Notes: generated by a model from the sequence alone, not told the origin. 64,000 bases of DNA from an uncultured Acidobacteriota bacterium (GCA_963777605.1 CAVZRV010000029.1:384001-448000), one strand, 5' to 3'. Numbered from the stretch's first letter, positions 10,253 through 21,143 are shown. Numbers and translations are program-made.

Positions 10253-10783
10253 TCAGTTGTCTTTCTCGTCTTTGAGCACGTTGAGGAAGTCACGGTAGTG
10301 CAGCCGGATGTCGATGAAATCCCGGTGCTCGAGGAGGAGTTCACTGGCAATCTGGCGGATCTCCTGGTCTTCCGCGTTCGAGATGCCTTCGTCCGCCGCG
10401 GAAACCGAGAACAAGCAGTCCAACAGTTCCAGCTTCTGGTCCCGGTTCGCGATTTCGTTGAATTCTCTGGATACGAGGAAATCCTCGACGTGGCCGAAGA
10501 GGCGATTCTGCCGTTTGGCGAGTTCCACCACCAGGACGGCCTGCTCGGTGGGCAATCGGCCCTTTTCGGAGACGATCTTTTCCATGGTGGCGGATTCCCG
10601 CTCTGAGATCACGCGGTCGGCGTTTGCCACTCGTCCCAGCATGTAGGCAAATGCCGCCAGGTAGCGGGCCTGGTCCGGAGGCATCCGGTTCAGCTGATCA
10701 GAAATCCTGCGGATGCTTTCAACGTCGCTGTAACCCTGTTCCTCGGCATCATGCTTGAATCCCAGGAAATCGAGAATTCCCAT
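10253..10783 (-). CDS. TerB family (tellurite resistance/DjlA N-terminal-like) protein
   Basis: Duplicated VA.AD..IS..E motifs (VANADRVISERE, VSAADEGISNAE). ATG 10783 follows GGAGG. Confidence 0.85.
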   Translation of the reverse strand: MGILDFLGFKHDAEEQGYSDVESIRRISDQLNRMPPDQARYLAAFAYMLGRVANADRVISERESATMEKIVSEKGRLPTEQAVLVVELAKRQNRLFGHVEDFLVSREFNEIANRDQKLELLDCLFSVSAADEGISNAEDQEIRQIASELLLEHRDFIDIRLHYRDFLNVLKDEKDN

Positions 10784-11255
10784 TGCGCATGCCTCCTCGG
10801 TTCGGCCTGGGAAGGACTGCCCCAATCCACCCGTTCAGACTCGACCGGTCAGTTTTCGTAACCCGTCGCCAGTAACTGGCGGCAAGCGTTCCCTTTGATA
10901 GTAGCACTTGAAGGAGGCGGAACTGTGGAACGGCCGCGAGGACCAGGATCGATATCAATCGGGCAAAGGTGAGATCGTCCCAATAAGTGCGGAGGCATTT
11001 CTGAGCGCGCAGCGAGCGCCACTCCAGACGTCCAGTAACCACCCTGGGTACCGCCCGTCTTGTATGCAAGACCATCGTCTGTGCGGCTCGGAGCGATCAA
11101 CTTGGATCGGCCGTTGTTCGGGGTCGGTGAGGTTTGATCGAACTGGTGACGGGGGCAGCGTGGACTTGGGTGGGAGGGGAATATACCATCATCTCGAACC
11201 GAATAGGCCCACAGGGGGTGGGTCCGCAGACACCGGAACAGGACAGGCTGGAAAA

Positions 11256-12812
11256 ATGAAACGACTAACTCTTGGAACTCTGGCCGCCTTCGTTCTCATC
11301 GCCGTCCCTTTGGGACAGGCCACAGAACCGAAACACCCAAACATCATTCTGATCATGGCCGACCAGTTTCGTGGAGACGCTCTTGGGAGCATGGGGAACC
11401 CGGTCGCCGTCACGCCCAACCTGGACCGGCTAGCCTCGGACGGAGTCAGGTTCGTGCACGGCTATACCTCGGTGCCCAGTTGTACCCCCGCGCGAGCAGG
11501 ACTGCTTACGGGGTTGGCCCCGTGGCATCATGGAATGCTGGGCTATGGGCGGGTGGCGAGGCGATATCGCTACGAGATGCCGCGAATGTTGAGGGAGGCC
11601 GGCTACTACACCTTCGGAATCGGGAAGATGCACTGGTTTCCGCAGAAGTCGCTCCACGGCTTCAACGGGACGCTGGTGGACGAAAGCGGCCGGGTAGAGC
11701 AGGACGGATTCGTCAGCGACTACCGCGACTGGTTCAAGCTTCAGGCCCCGGACCAGGACCCCGACGCCACCGGAATTGGCTGGAACGAGCACCGTGCCGG
11801 CGTGTACCAGTTGGATGAGAAGCTCCACCCCACCTACTGGACCGGCATGACCGCCGTCGAGCTGATTCGCCACTATGACCGCGAAGAACCGCTGTTTCTC
11901 AAGGTCTCGTTTGCACGGCCACACAGTCCGTACGACCCACCGAGGCGATACCTCGACCTCTACGCCGATGCGACGATCCCAGGACCATTTATTGGAGACT
12001 GGTGCCACGATCTCGACAAGGTCCAGGGCGGTCCCGACGCGGCTTTCGCAGATTTTGGTTCCGACTATGCCGTGAACAGTCGGAGACACTACTACGCGAA
12101 CATCACCTTCATCGACGACATGATTGGCGAAATCGTGCAGGCGCTGAAGGAAAAAGGGATGTACGAGAACTCGATTATCTGTTTCACCGCCGACCACGGC
12201 GACATGCTGGGGGACCACCACCACTGGCGGAAGACGTACGCCTACGAAGGATCGGCACACATTCCGTTCCTGCTGAAATGGCCGTCTGCGATGGAGACCG
12301 GGATCCTGCGCGGTTCCCGGCTTGAAAACCCGGTCGAACTGAGAGATTTCCTGCCTACCTTCCTGGATGTGGCAGGTGTCTCGATCCCTCCGGATATGGA
12401 CGGGCGCTCCCTGCTCTCCCTGGTGCGAAACCCAGCGGCGGACTGGCGGGAATACATCGACCTGGAGCACTCGACGACTTACTCCGAGGAGAACTACTGG
12501 GCGGCACTTACGGACGGGCGCTGGAAGTACATCTGGTTTTTCAGAACCGGCAGGGAACAGTTTTTTGACCTCGAGCGCGACCCCGGCGAGTTGACCGACC
12601 TTGCCGGTAACCGGGACTATCAGTCCGAGCTTGCCCGATGGCGTGCGGCACTGGTGGATCACCTGTCGGAGAGGGGAAGAGGCTTCGTTCGAGACGGGGC
12701 CCTGGTAGTGCGAACCGAAAACCTGCTTTACAGTCCCAATTACCCGAAGGACGACCGCTCCGACCGGGAAAGGCTCCAGGACTGGCTCTATTCCTACAAG
12801 GGAGTCGATTAG
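11256..12812 (+). CDS. Arylsulfatase (Cys-type, secreted)
   Basis: Signal peptide MKRLTLG..., [16 protein letters not shown] (CxPxR), GKMH and ADHG motifs. Confidence 0.92.
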   Translation: MKRLTLGTLAAFVLIAVPLGQATEPKHPNIILIMADQFRGDALGSMGNPVAVTPNLDRLASDGVRFVHGYTSVPSCTPARAGLLTGLAPWHHGMLGYGRVARRYRYEMPRMLREAGYYTFGIGKMHWFPQKSLHGFNGTLVDESGRVEQDGFVSDYRDWFKLQAPDQDPDATGIGWNEHRAGVYQLDEKLHPTYWTGMTAVELIRHYDREEPLFLKVSFARPHSPYDPPRRYLDLYADATIPGPFIGDWCHDLDKVQGGPDAAFADFGSDYAVNSRRHYYANITFIDDMIGEIVQALKEKGMYENSIICFTADHGDMLGDHHHWRKTYAYEGSAHIPFLLKWPSAMETGILRGSRLENPVELRDFLPTFLDVAGVSIPPDMDGRSLLSLVRNPAADWREYIDLEHSTTYSEENYWAALTDGRWKYIWFFRTGREQFFDLERDPGELTDLAGNRDYQSELARWRAALVDHLSERGRGFVRDGALVVRTENLLYSPNYPKDDRSDRERLQDWLYSYKGVD

Positions 12813-13177
12813 ACCCGGAGGTTTCCCGGGGCGGTCAGTTCACCCCCGGCGTCGCCGGTATTGACGACTCCCCGGGGTTCAACGATCAGCGCCTTGCAGA
12901 GTCCCTTGGCCCGTGGGCGATGTTCCACTCCTCGGGGGACTACGAACATTTCGCCTTCACCGAGGTGGACTGCCCCGTCCCGGAATTCAATCGTCATAGA
13001 ACCCTCGAGGATGATGAAGGCTTCATCGGTGGCTTTGTGGTCGTGCCAGGTGAACGTCCCCTCGAGCCGCACCAGCTTGAACTGGTAGTCATTCAGTTCG
13101 GCCACCACCCGGGGGGACCAGGGATCAGCGAAGCGCGTGAATTTGTCTTTAAAGTTTACCGCTTTGTAAGTTCTCAA
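12809..13177 (-). CDS. Cupin domain protein
   Basis: WHDH..TDE and VPRGVEH cupin motifs; [10 protein letters not shown] and NTGD. Confidence 0.85.
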   Translation of the reverse strand: MRTYKAVNFKDKFTRFADPWSPRVVAELNDYQFKLVRLEGTFTWHDHKATDEAFIILEGSMTIEFRDGAVHLGEGEMFVVPRGVEHRPRAKGLCKALIVEPRGVVNTGDAGGELTAPGNLRV

Positions 13178-13419
13178 TCATTGCTCCAATTACCTCTGCA
13201 GTTATCTCACACGTGAAGTATCAGGTTACCCTCAAGAAGCCGACGAAGGAACGTTGTATGGTGAAAAGAGCAGCGGCTGAAATCCCGAGCCGGAGTTACT
13301 TGCCCATCTGAGGAGAGGGGGAGTTCACGTCGCGACGGGAGGATGTGTCTACGCCTTCGGATCGGCGGCGACGATCGACAGACACCGGACAACCTTTGAC
13401 CAGGAGCTTTTAAATCAAA

Positions 13420-14338
13420 ATGAATTCAGGACACAGTCACTCTCATTCGGCTCTCCCGGGAGGCGGAGACGAACGTTCCGGGAATCGACGACGACTGGCG
13501 ATCACACTGGTCCTGGTGCTCGCCTACATGATCGCCGAGGTCGTTGGCGGCTTGATGTCCGGTTCTCTTGCCCTGCTGGCCGATGCCGGGCACATGCTGT
13601 CTGATGCCGGTTCTCTCGGTCTTGCCCTTTTTGCACTGTGGATTGCGTCCCGGCCTCGAGATTCGACCCACACCTACGGTTATTTCCGAACTGAGATTTT
13701 GGCTGCACTGGCCAACGGCGCGACGCTGGTGGCCGTGTCGGTCTACATCTTCTTCGAGGCATATCAGCGCTGGCTGAACCCTCCCCCGGTACGGGGAGGC
13801 CTGATGGTGGCGATTGCGGTCGGGGGGTTGGCGGTCAACGTGGCCGGATTGATGATCCTGCGGGGCGGCCGAAACGAGAGCCTGAACATTCAGGGGGCCT
13901 GGTTGCACGTTTTGGCCGACACGCTGGGGAGTGTCCAGGCGATCATTGCCGGGGCGTTGATCTGGCTGCTGGGCTGGAACTGGGCCGACCCGCTGGCGTC
14001 CTTTCTGATCGGTGGACTGGTGATCTTTTCGTCCTGGCAGTTGCTCAAGGAATCGGTGATGGTCCTGATGGAGAGTTCCCCTGGACATATCGACGTGGAC
14101 GGGGTGAACCAGGCCATGCTCGAGGTCGCGGGAGTCCTCGATGTGCACGACCTGCATGTCTGGACCATTACCAGCGGTATGGTCGCCCTTTCCGCCCACG
14201 TCACCTGCAGTCCAGGCTGTGACCGTGATCGCTGCTTCTGGTAGAACTGCGCCGCATGCTCGAATCCGTTTTGAGATCACACACACGACCGTACAGATCG
14301 AAGGCGACGAGTTCGAGCAGTGCAAACCCCAGTTCTGA
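13420..14338 (+). CDS. Cation diffusion facilitator (CzcD/ZitB-like), C-terminus broken by two apparent -1 indels
   Basis: His-rich N-terminus, SLALLADAGHMLSD, HVLADTLGS, HDLHVW. The terminal HTTVQIE motif lies out of frame. ORF as given stops at 14244. Confidence 0.85.
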
Positions 14339-14683
14339 TGGACGCCTCTCACTCAATCGGAGTGAACAGGGTTGGCGGAGTTCTCGTCGAAGGAATCGCC
14401 TTTTCTCTCTGCACAGTTACTTCGGTCTTGGACCTGTCGGGTTGATTTGACTGGTGGCGTCTCTGTCTGTGTGGCCTGGGCTCGAGCACCCCTCAAGATC
14501 GCGCGGACCCATCCGATGCCGCTCCGCCTTTGGAGATGCCTGACTTCGGGCCGAAGCGTCCCAGTTCGAACCTTCTCAGCTTGGACAGAACGGTCCGGGC
14601 TGGTAATCTGATGGGAGAACCGGCGCCAAAAAAAGCGATCACTTTCACCGATCGTGCGGCGCCACGGAAAGGCAAGAGACACG

Positions 14684-15313
14684 GTGATATCCGCATTGGA
14701 AGCGCTCGAGCGCTTGAGAGAAGGAAACCAGCGGTTTGCTTCGGGCCTCCGCAGCGTTGAGTCGTTCATGAGCCAGACCCGCAGGGGTGACCTGCTGGAC
14801 AGCCAGGAACCCTTCGCGGTTATTCTGGGATGCTCCGACTCCCGGGTCCCGGTAGAGATGGTATTCGACCAGGGCCTCGGCGACTTGTTCGTCATCCGCG
14901 TGGCCGGCAACATCGCGGCCTCGTCACAGATTGGGAGCATTGAGTTCGCCGCGGCCCGGTTCGGGACCCGGCTCGTGGTCGTATTGGGGCACAGTCGATG
15001 TGGGGCGATTCGGGCAACACTCGAAGAACTGCAGCGCCCTGCTGAAAACCAGTCCCGAAATCTTCGTTCAATCGTGGACCGCGTGCGGCCGCCGATCGAG
15101 AGTCTTTTGGCGACCGAACTTCGCCACGACTCCGACGCCCTGATGAAGCAGGCAGTCCGGGCAAACATCCGGGTCACTGTCGGGCACTTGCGCAATGGCT
15201 CAGATGTACTGGAGCACCTGATTGAGAACGACGGGTTGCTGGTGGTTGGAGCCGAATACTCCCTGGAGACCGGAGTGGTGGATTTCTTCGAAGGCGTACC
15301 CAACACCCGGTAG
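14684..15313 (+). CDS. Beta-class carbonic anhydrase
   Basis: L.EGN.RF, GCSDSRVP, FVIRVAGN and GHSRCGA motifs. Probable GTG start at 14684. Confidence 0.92.
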   Translation: MISALEALERLREGNQRFASGLRSVESFMSQTRRGDLLDSQEPFAVILGCSDSRVPVEMVFDQGLGDLFVIRVAGNIAASSQIGSIEFAAARFGTRLVVVLGHSRCGAIRATLEELQRPAENQSRNLRSIVDRVRPPIESLLATELRHDSDALMKQAVRANIRVTVGHLRNGSDVLEHLIENDGLLVVGAEYSLETGVVDFFEGVPNTR

Positions 15314-15364
15314 CCGGTCCCTGGTTTCTGGCGGGGAGTAATCCGGGCAGCCCTGCCTGGTATG

Positions 15365-15387
15365 TCGCCGGGCAGCTTGCCCGGCGA
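15365..15387. terminator. GC-rich hairpin downstream of carbonic anhydrase (terminator or REP-like)
   Basis: TCGCCGGGCA-GCT-TGCCCGGCGA forms a perfect 10-bp stem. No clear U-tract. Confidence 0.4.
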
Positions 15388-15670
15388 TTCCCGTTCTGAA
15401 ACTGAAACTTCGATATGAGAGACGTTTCATTGAACCGCGAAGACGCTAACCCGAATTTTTCCCCAGAGGGGTAGAAAAGGGCTGTCATCTCACGAACGTC
15501 CGGGGCCTGCATCTCGGGTGTGTCGGGAGGCAGGAGGCACTTCTAAACTTTGGTTCGAGTCGGTTCTTCGCGACACCGTCCATTCCTGTTCGAACGCGTT
15601 CAAGGTTGGAACCGGCGGTGCTTTACCCGGCTGCAGGGCACGGATAGACTGGATTTCTGGCAGGTGAAGA

Positions 15671-18169
15671 TTGAGCGATTCCAGTACACGGTTACCTTTT
15701 GACGGATTGTGCAGTGTTGTCATCCTGAGTGTGATTCTGTGTCTCCCTTTGGCACCCGCCTTCGGCGCGCGCCTGGCGGAGAACTTCAACTCGGGCTGGC
15801 GTTATGCCCGCGGTGAGCAGGACGCGGCGGTAGCCGCACCATCGTTCGACGACTCCGGCTGGGCCGAAGTCCGGGTTCCTCACGACTGGGCGATCGCGGG
15901 CCCGTTCGACGAAAATGCAAGTGGGTATGCCGGGAAGCTCCCCTGGAAAGGGGTGGGCTGGTACCGAAAGTCCTTCGAGTTGGACCGCGACCTGGAAGGG
16001 ATGAAGGTCCTCCTCGATTTCGATGGAGTGATGGCGTTCGCCCGGGTCTATGTGAACGGGCACCTGGCCGGGGAATGGGACTACGGCTACACTTCGTTTC
16101 GGGTCGATGCCACACCCTACCTGGTGTTCGGCGACCGAAATGTAATCGCGGTCCGGGCCGACACTGAGAACTGGGGGACCCGCTGGTACCCGGGTGCAGG
16201 CATTTACCGGAAAGTCACACTGGTCAGTTGCGATCCCGTGCACCTGGCACATTGGGGTACATCGGTCACCACTCCCATCATCACCGGCGATTTTGCCGAG
16301 GTCCGGATCCGAACGACCGTGGATAACGAAACCAATTTCGATACCGAGCGCTTCGTTGACCTGGAGGTGACCGATCCGGACGGTTCGGTCGTCGCTCGGG
16401 GCATCTCAAACGCCAGTGTTCCGGCGGGTGAGTCGAAAACCGTGGAACAGCTGTTCCGGGTCGCGAAACCTCAAAAGTGGGATGTTTCCACCCCGAACCT
16501 TTACCAGGTGAAGACGACGATTCGGGAGCCCAATGGAGCCATCGGGGAGGAGGCTGCCGTCTCGTTCGGCATTCGAACGTTCGAGTTCACCGCCGATGCC
16601 GGGTTCATCCTGAATGGCCGTCGGGTTCAGTTGCGGGGAGCCAACCTGCACCACGACCAGGGACCGCTGGGTGCGGCCTTCAACGTCCGTGCCATGGAGC
16701 GGCAACTGGAGATCATGCAGGAGATGGGGGTGAACGCGATTCGGACCAGCCACAACCCTCCGGCGCCTGAGTTGCTCGACCTCTGCGATCGGATGGGGAT
16801 CGTGGTCTGGGACGAAGCCTTTGACAAGTGGGACGGTACGGCGGGCCGGCACGACGGCCTGCCGCCGCTGCGCGAGTTTGGAGAGCGGCACATCCGCAGC
16901 CTGGTCCTGCGGGATCGCAACCACCCCAGCGTCGTGGTGTGGTCGGTGGGGAACGAGATCCCTCCCGGAGGCGAGGGAGTTACGCCGGAGCGGGTGGCTT
17001 TCTTGAGCGAATTCGTCCGGCGATACGATCCCACCCGTCCAGTCGCAATGGGATGTGACCGTCCCGGTATGGCCAACCAACCCAACTTCGACGCCCTGGA
17101 CCTGACGGGCTGGAACTACGGCCGGCGCTATGCAACGATGCGGGAGCGCTACCCGGAGAAGCCGATCGTCTACTCCGAGTCCGCTTCGGCTCTCAGCACG
17201 CGAGGGTTTTACGAACTGCCGCTCCCAAAAGACAAGACCGACTACTCGAAGAAGGACCAGGTTGACTCATACGATCTCAACTCGGCGCCGTGGTCCGACA
17301 TTCCGGACAAGGAGTTCCAGTTGATGGAGCAGGACCGGTTTGTGGCGGGAGAGTTTGTCTGGACTGGTTTTGACTACCTGGGAGAACCCACCCCGTTTAC
17401 CGAAGTGGCCCGCAGTTCCTATTTCGGAGTGGTGGATCTCTGCGGAATTCCGAAGGACCGTTACTACCTGTACCGGAGCTACTGGCGCCCGGATGTGAAC
17501 ACAGTTCACATTCTGCCTCATTGGAACTGGCCGGATCGGGTGGGTCAGGAGGTGCCGGTCTTCGTCTACACGAACGGGGACTCGGCAGAACTGTTCTTGA
17601 ACGGGAAATCGCTGGGCCGCCGCACCAAGGGGGTCGTTCCGGAACAGTCGTCGAACCGTGCGATCGGTGCGGCCGGAACGACTTCATCGAACAGTTCGTC
17701 CGACTATTACGACGTGACCTATCGCTACCGGCTCCGTTGGAACCACGTCATTTACGAACCGGGAGAACTCAAGGTCGTGGCTTATCGTAACGGACGCCCC
17801 GTTGGGGAGGCTGTCGTACACACGGCTGGAAGTCCGGCGGCGATTCGTCTGACTCCCGATCGGGACCGGCTGGAAGCAAGTGGGGACGATCTCTGCTACA
17901 CCCTGGTTGAGGCATTCGACGAATCCGGCAACCCTTGCCCCCTGGCCGACAACCTCGTCCATTTCGAACTCGAGGGCCCGGCGGAAATTGCCGGAGTCGG
18001 CAACGGGAACCCTCTCTCCCTGGAGCCCTTCCAGGCGAGCTACCGCAAGCTGTTCAACGGGAAAGCGATGCTCATCCTCCGAACCCGGGACGGCGAGGCG
18101 GGCAGGATCTCGATCCGGGCCCGCAGCCAGGGACTGAAAGACGGCTTGGCCGCGGTCGCGGCAGAGTGA
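15671..18169 (+). CDS. Glycoside hydrolase family 2 (beta-galactosidase-like), secreted
   Basis: VPHDWAI, RWYPGAGIYR, NAIRTSHNPP, NHPSVVVWSVGNE and WTGFDYLGEPTP motifs. Signal-peptide-like N-terminus. Confidence 0.92.
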   Translation: MSDSSTRLPFDGLCSVVILSVILCLPLAPAFGARLAENFNSGWRYARGEQDAAVAAPSFDDSGWAEVRVPHDWAIAGPFDENASGYAGKLPWKGVGWYRKSFELDRDLEGMKVLLDFDGVMAFARVYVNGHLAGEWDYGYTSFRVDATPYLVFGDRNVIAVRADTENWGTRWYPGAGIYRKVTLVSCDPVHLAHWGTSVTTPIITGDFAEVRIRTTVDNETNFDTERFVDLEVTDPDGSVVARGISNASVPAGESKTVEQLFRVAKPQKWDVSTPNLYQVKTTIREPNGAIGEEAAVSFGIRTFEFTADAGFILNGRRVQLRGANLHHDQGPLGAAFNVRAMERQLEIMQEMGVNAIRTSHNPPAPELLDLCDRMGIVVWDEAFDKWDGTAGRHDGLPPLREFGERHIRSLVLRDRNHPSVVVWSVGNEIPPGGEGVTPERVAFLSEFVRRYDPTRPVAMGCDRPGMANQPNFDALDLTGWNYGRRYATMRERYPEKPIVYSESASALSTRGFYELPLPKDKTDYSKKDQVDSYDLNSAPWSDIPDKEFQLMEQDRFVAGEFVWTGFDYLGEPTPFTEVARSSYFGVVDLCGIPKDRYYLYRSYWRPDVNTVHILPHWNWPDRVGQEVPVFVYTNGDSAELFLNGKSLGRRTKGVVPEQSSNRAIGAAGTTSSNSSSDYYDVTYRYRLRWNHVIYEPGELKVVAYRNGRPVGEAVVHTAGSPAAIRLTPDRDRLEASGDDLCYTLVEAFDESGNPCPLADNLVHFELEGPAEIAGVGNGNPLSLEPFQASYRKLFNGKAMLILRTRDGEAGRISIRARSQGLKDGLAAVAAE

Positions 18170-18312
18170 GTGGGAGCTTGAGGGCACTGGGGGCACTTCA
18201 CCCAAACCTTCCAAACCCCCAGTCCGTCCAAATCCACCGAGCTTGTGGTATTGTCGGCCTTCTGATGGTGAGGGGAAGCGCAACGCTTTTCCCGGAGCAA
18301 GGAGGAAATTCT

Positions 18313-19296
18313 GTGACTGAACGAGCGCCGTGGGTAACTTATCGTCCTGAACTGAAGGTCCTGGATTGCACGATCCGGGATGGCGGGTTGGTCAGCAATA
18401 GCCATTTTTCGGATGTTTTCGTTCGTGCCGTGTACGATGCCTGTATTGCGGCGGGTATCGACTACATGGAGATCGGATACAAGAACTCTCCCAGGCTGTT
18501 TCCACTGAGCGACTACGGCCCGTGGCGTCACTGTGAAGAGGGCGACATGCGCCGGGTTGTGGGAGACCACGATTCCGCGGCGACAGGTCTCAAATTGTCG
18601 GCGATGGCGGATGCGGGCAAGAGCGACTGGAAGACCCAGATCATTCCGTGCAAGGACAGTGTGCTGGACCTGATCCGGGTGGCCTGCTACGTGCACCAGA
18701 TTCCGGAAGCCGTGGACATGATTCACTTCGCCCACGAGCAGGGGTACGAGGTCAACGTCAACCTGATGTCGGTATCGATTGTCCAGGAAGTGGAAATCCA
18801 GCAGGCGCTGGAGGTTTTTGCTGAGACTCCCGCCAGCACGATCGTCGTCGTGGACAGCTTCGGAGCCCTCTATCGGGAGCAGGTAGACAACCTGGTCCGG
18901 ATGTATATGGCTGCCGTCGAGGGGAAGGGAAAGCACGTCGGAATCCACGCCCATAACAACCAGCAGTTGGCTTTCGCCAACACCATTGAGGCGATCATCC
19001 TGGGAGCAAACCGGGCCGATGCGTCGATGGCCGGGCTGGGCCGGGGGGCCGGAAACTGCCCCATGGAATTGCTGCTCGGCTTCCTGCGGAATCCGAAATT
19101 CAAGCTGAGACCGGTTCTCCAGTTCCTGCAGGAACACATGGTCAAGCTGAGAAGCGAGTACGATTGGGGACCGTCGGTGCCCTACAACATCACCGGTCAG
19201 TTCAATCGCCACCCGCGCGAAGCCATCGAATTTCGCGAGGGAGAGACCCCGGACGCTTACGTGAAGTTCTACGACCAGGTGGTCAGCGACACGTAG
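18313..19296 (+). CDS. DRE-TIM metallolyase (4-hydroxy-2-oxovalerate aldolase-like/HMGL-like)
   Basis: LDCTIRDGG, VDSFG, GIHAHNN and GLGRGAGN motifs. GTG 18313 follows GGAGG. Confidence 0.85.
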   Translation: MTERAPWVTYRPELKVLDCTIRDGGLVSNSHFSDVFVRAVYDACIAAGIDYMEIGYKNSPRLFPLSDYGPWRHCEEGDMRRVVGDHDSAATGLKLSAMADAGKSDWKTQIIPCKDSVLDLIRVACYVHQIPEAVDMIHFAHEQGYEVNVNLMSVSIVQEVEIQQALEVFAETPASTIVVVDSFGALYREQVDNLVRMYMAAVEGKGKHVGIHAHNNQQLAFANTIEAIILGANRADASMAGLGRGAGNCPMELLLGFLRNPKFKLRPVLQFLQEHMVKLRSEYDWGPSVPYNITGQFNRHPREAIEFREGETPDAYVKFYDQVVSDT

Positions 19297-20176
19297 CGTC
19301 GATCAGCCGGGCAAGCACGCTCAGAACCTCTTCAAAGTGCTCGAGGACCCAGACGTGGCCTTGTTCGGGGACGAAGTGGGCCTCGCATCTGGGCAGGCGC
19401 CTGGCTACTGCCTTCCCGAGGATCACGGGAACGTCGAAGTCATCGTTCCCGTGCCAGAGAAGGACCGGGCCGGGAATATCTTCGAGGCGAAAGTCCCAGG
19501 GACGGGTCATCAGTTTCAAGTCATGAGCCACCGCGGCCGATCCCTGGGAAAAACCCTCTCGGAGCGAATGGAAGAGTTGTGATGCGACCCGCTGGTCAGC
19601 CAGTATCGCTCGTCCGGGTTCCGGGACGCGAGTGATCAGCCGTGAGAGCCGTCGATCGGACAACTTTTTCAGGGCTACTCCGGCCAAGGCGGCGAGCACC
19701 GGGATGAAGCCGGGCAGGTCCCGAAACAGGTGGAGCCGCAGTTTCTGATGGCTTGAAGCCTGCTCCAACAGCCACGGATCGTCGACCGGTCCCATTCCGC
19801 TGATAATAGCGGTGGCCACGACCTGCGGAGCCAGGCGGTTGGCCACCGCCAGGCCATAGGGTCCTCCACCCGAAAGCCCGATCACGCCAAAGCGTTCGAT
19901 ACCAAGGCGGTCTGCGAGTTGCCGCACGTCGTTCGGCCAGTCCACGATCTGGCGGTTGGGGTGGGGCGTTGAACGGCCGATTCCAGGCCGGTCCGGAGAG
20001 ATCAGCCTCAGGCGGTAGCGCTTGGCCATTTCGGATGCGAAGGAAAAGGTCAGGCGCGATCCCGGGATGCCATGGAATGCCAGGATCGGAAATCCTTCGG
20101 GGTCACCCCAGGAAGCGAAGCTGATCAGGCGCTTGTCGTCGAGTTCAACTACCTCAGTCTGGCTGTCGGTCCGCAT
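19283..20176 (-). CDS. Alpha/beta hydrolase
   Basis: FHGIPGSR, DRPGIGRS, GLSGGG, WHG.DD and GH motifs. Confidence 0.88.
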   Translation of the reverse strand: MRTDSQTEVVELDDKRLISFASWGDPEGFPILAFHGIPGSRLTFSFASEMAKRYRLRLISPDRPGIGRSTPHPNRQIVDWPNDVRQLADRLGIERFGVIGLSGGGPYGLAVANRLAPQVVATAIISGMGPVDDPWLLEQASSHQKLRLHLFRDLPGFIPVLAALAGVALKKLSDRRLSRLITRVPEPGRAILADQRVASQLFHSLREGFSQGSAAVAHDLKLMTRPWDFRLEDIPGPVLLWHGNDDFDVPVILGKAVARRLPRCEAHFVPEQGHVWVLEHFEEVLSVLARLIDATCR

Positions 20177-20180
20177 GAAT

Positions 20181-21143
20181 TCAATTCCGGAAATAGAGGA
20201 ACGCCACGTAGCTCACGTACCCGACCAGAAAACAGCCCCCTTCGCCTCGCGAGATCCTGGCTCCCGAAAGGAAAACCGGGATGCAGGCGACGCTCACTGC
20301 GATCATCACCGGAAGATCGAAATGGAGGGCTGCAGGCGCCACCTTGATCCCGGCAGGAGTGACGAGGGCAGTGATTCCGAGGACGGCAAGAATGTTGAAA
20401 AGATTACTGCCCACGACATTGCCGACGGCGATGTCCCTCTCTCCCCGCACGGCAGCAATGATCGAGGTCGCGACCTCGGGGAGAGATGTCCCGGCGGAAA
20501 TCAGGGTCAGCCCGATGACCAACTCGCTGATACCGAGGCTGCGCGCAATCACGATTGAGTTGTTGACCAGGAGGTCTGATCCCTTGATGAGGAGGACGAA
20601 GCCCAATAAGACCCAGAGAACCTGGATCCAAGTGGACGGAGCCGGCCGTTCGAAGGCCCTGGCATACTCAGCATTGACTTGCTTCGATTCCTCGCGGCTC
20701 TTCCGGATGAGGAGGACGGTGTATACCACGAGCGAGAGGACAAACAGCAGTCCCTCTCCCCTGCCGAGGATGCCGTTCCAGCCGAACCCGAGGAGAATAA
20801 TCGAGGTTCCGATCATCAGAGGCACCTCGGCCCGGACTATTTTCTGGTCAACCACGAGCGGTGTGATCAGAGCGGAAACACCGAGGATGAAGAGGACATT
20901 GAAGATGTTGGATCCCACGGCGTTGCCGAGCGCCAGGTCGGGCTGTCCTCCCAGGCCGGCCTTCACGCTCACCGCCAGTTCCGGGGAACTGGTGCCGAAG
21001 GCGACAACGGTCAAGCCGATCACGAGCGGGCTGATGCCCAGGGTCAGTGCGAGACGGGAAGCCCCCCGGACGAGGAATTCCGCGCCCACAATCAGACCAC
21101 CCAGCCCAAGGCTGAACCCGAGGATGACCCAGGCGTCCACCAT
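20181..21143 (-). CDS. Calcium/sodium antiporter (CaCA, YrbG-like)
   Basis: Two alpha repeats: GTSSPE..GNAVGSN and GTSLPE..GNVVGSN. Confidence 0.92.
   Translation of the reverse strand: MVDAWVILGFSLGLGGLIVGAEFLVRGASRLALTLGISPLVIGLTVVAFGTSSPELAVSVKAGLGGQPDLALGNAVGSNIFNVLFILGVSALITPLVVDQKIVRAEVPLMIGTSIILLGFGWNGILGRGEGLLFVLSLVVYTVLLIRKSREESKQVNAEYARAFERPAPSTWIQVLWVLLGFVLLIKGSDLLVNNSIVIARSLGISELVIGLTLISAGTSLPEVATSIIAAVRGERDIAVGNVVGSNLFNILAVLGITALVTPAGIKVAPAALHFDLPVMIAVSVACIPVFLSGARISRGEGGCFLVGYVSYVAFLYFRN

Noticed and set aside
10908-11255. Long N-terminal ORF extensions (sulfatase from 10908, aldolase from 17935, PLP enzyme from 899, selB from 37811, PBP1A from 55185)
   Set aside because: Downstream starts fit signal peptides, RBS or promoter positions and family N-termini better.
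13251-13419. NiCo/metal riboswitch upstream of the CDF transporter
   Set aside because: No four-way junction or terminator recognisable by eye. An Infernal search would be needed.
14353-15306. Long antisense/shadow ORFs (also 20281-21222, 11430-12662, 37909-39009, 48813-50264, 59834-60937)
   Set aside because: They lie opposite well-supported genes and have no recognisable motifs. This is expected from codon bias in GC-rich DNA.
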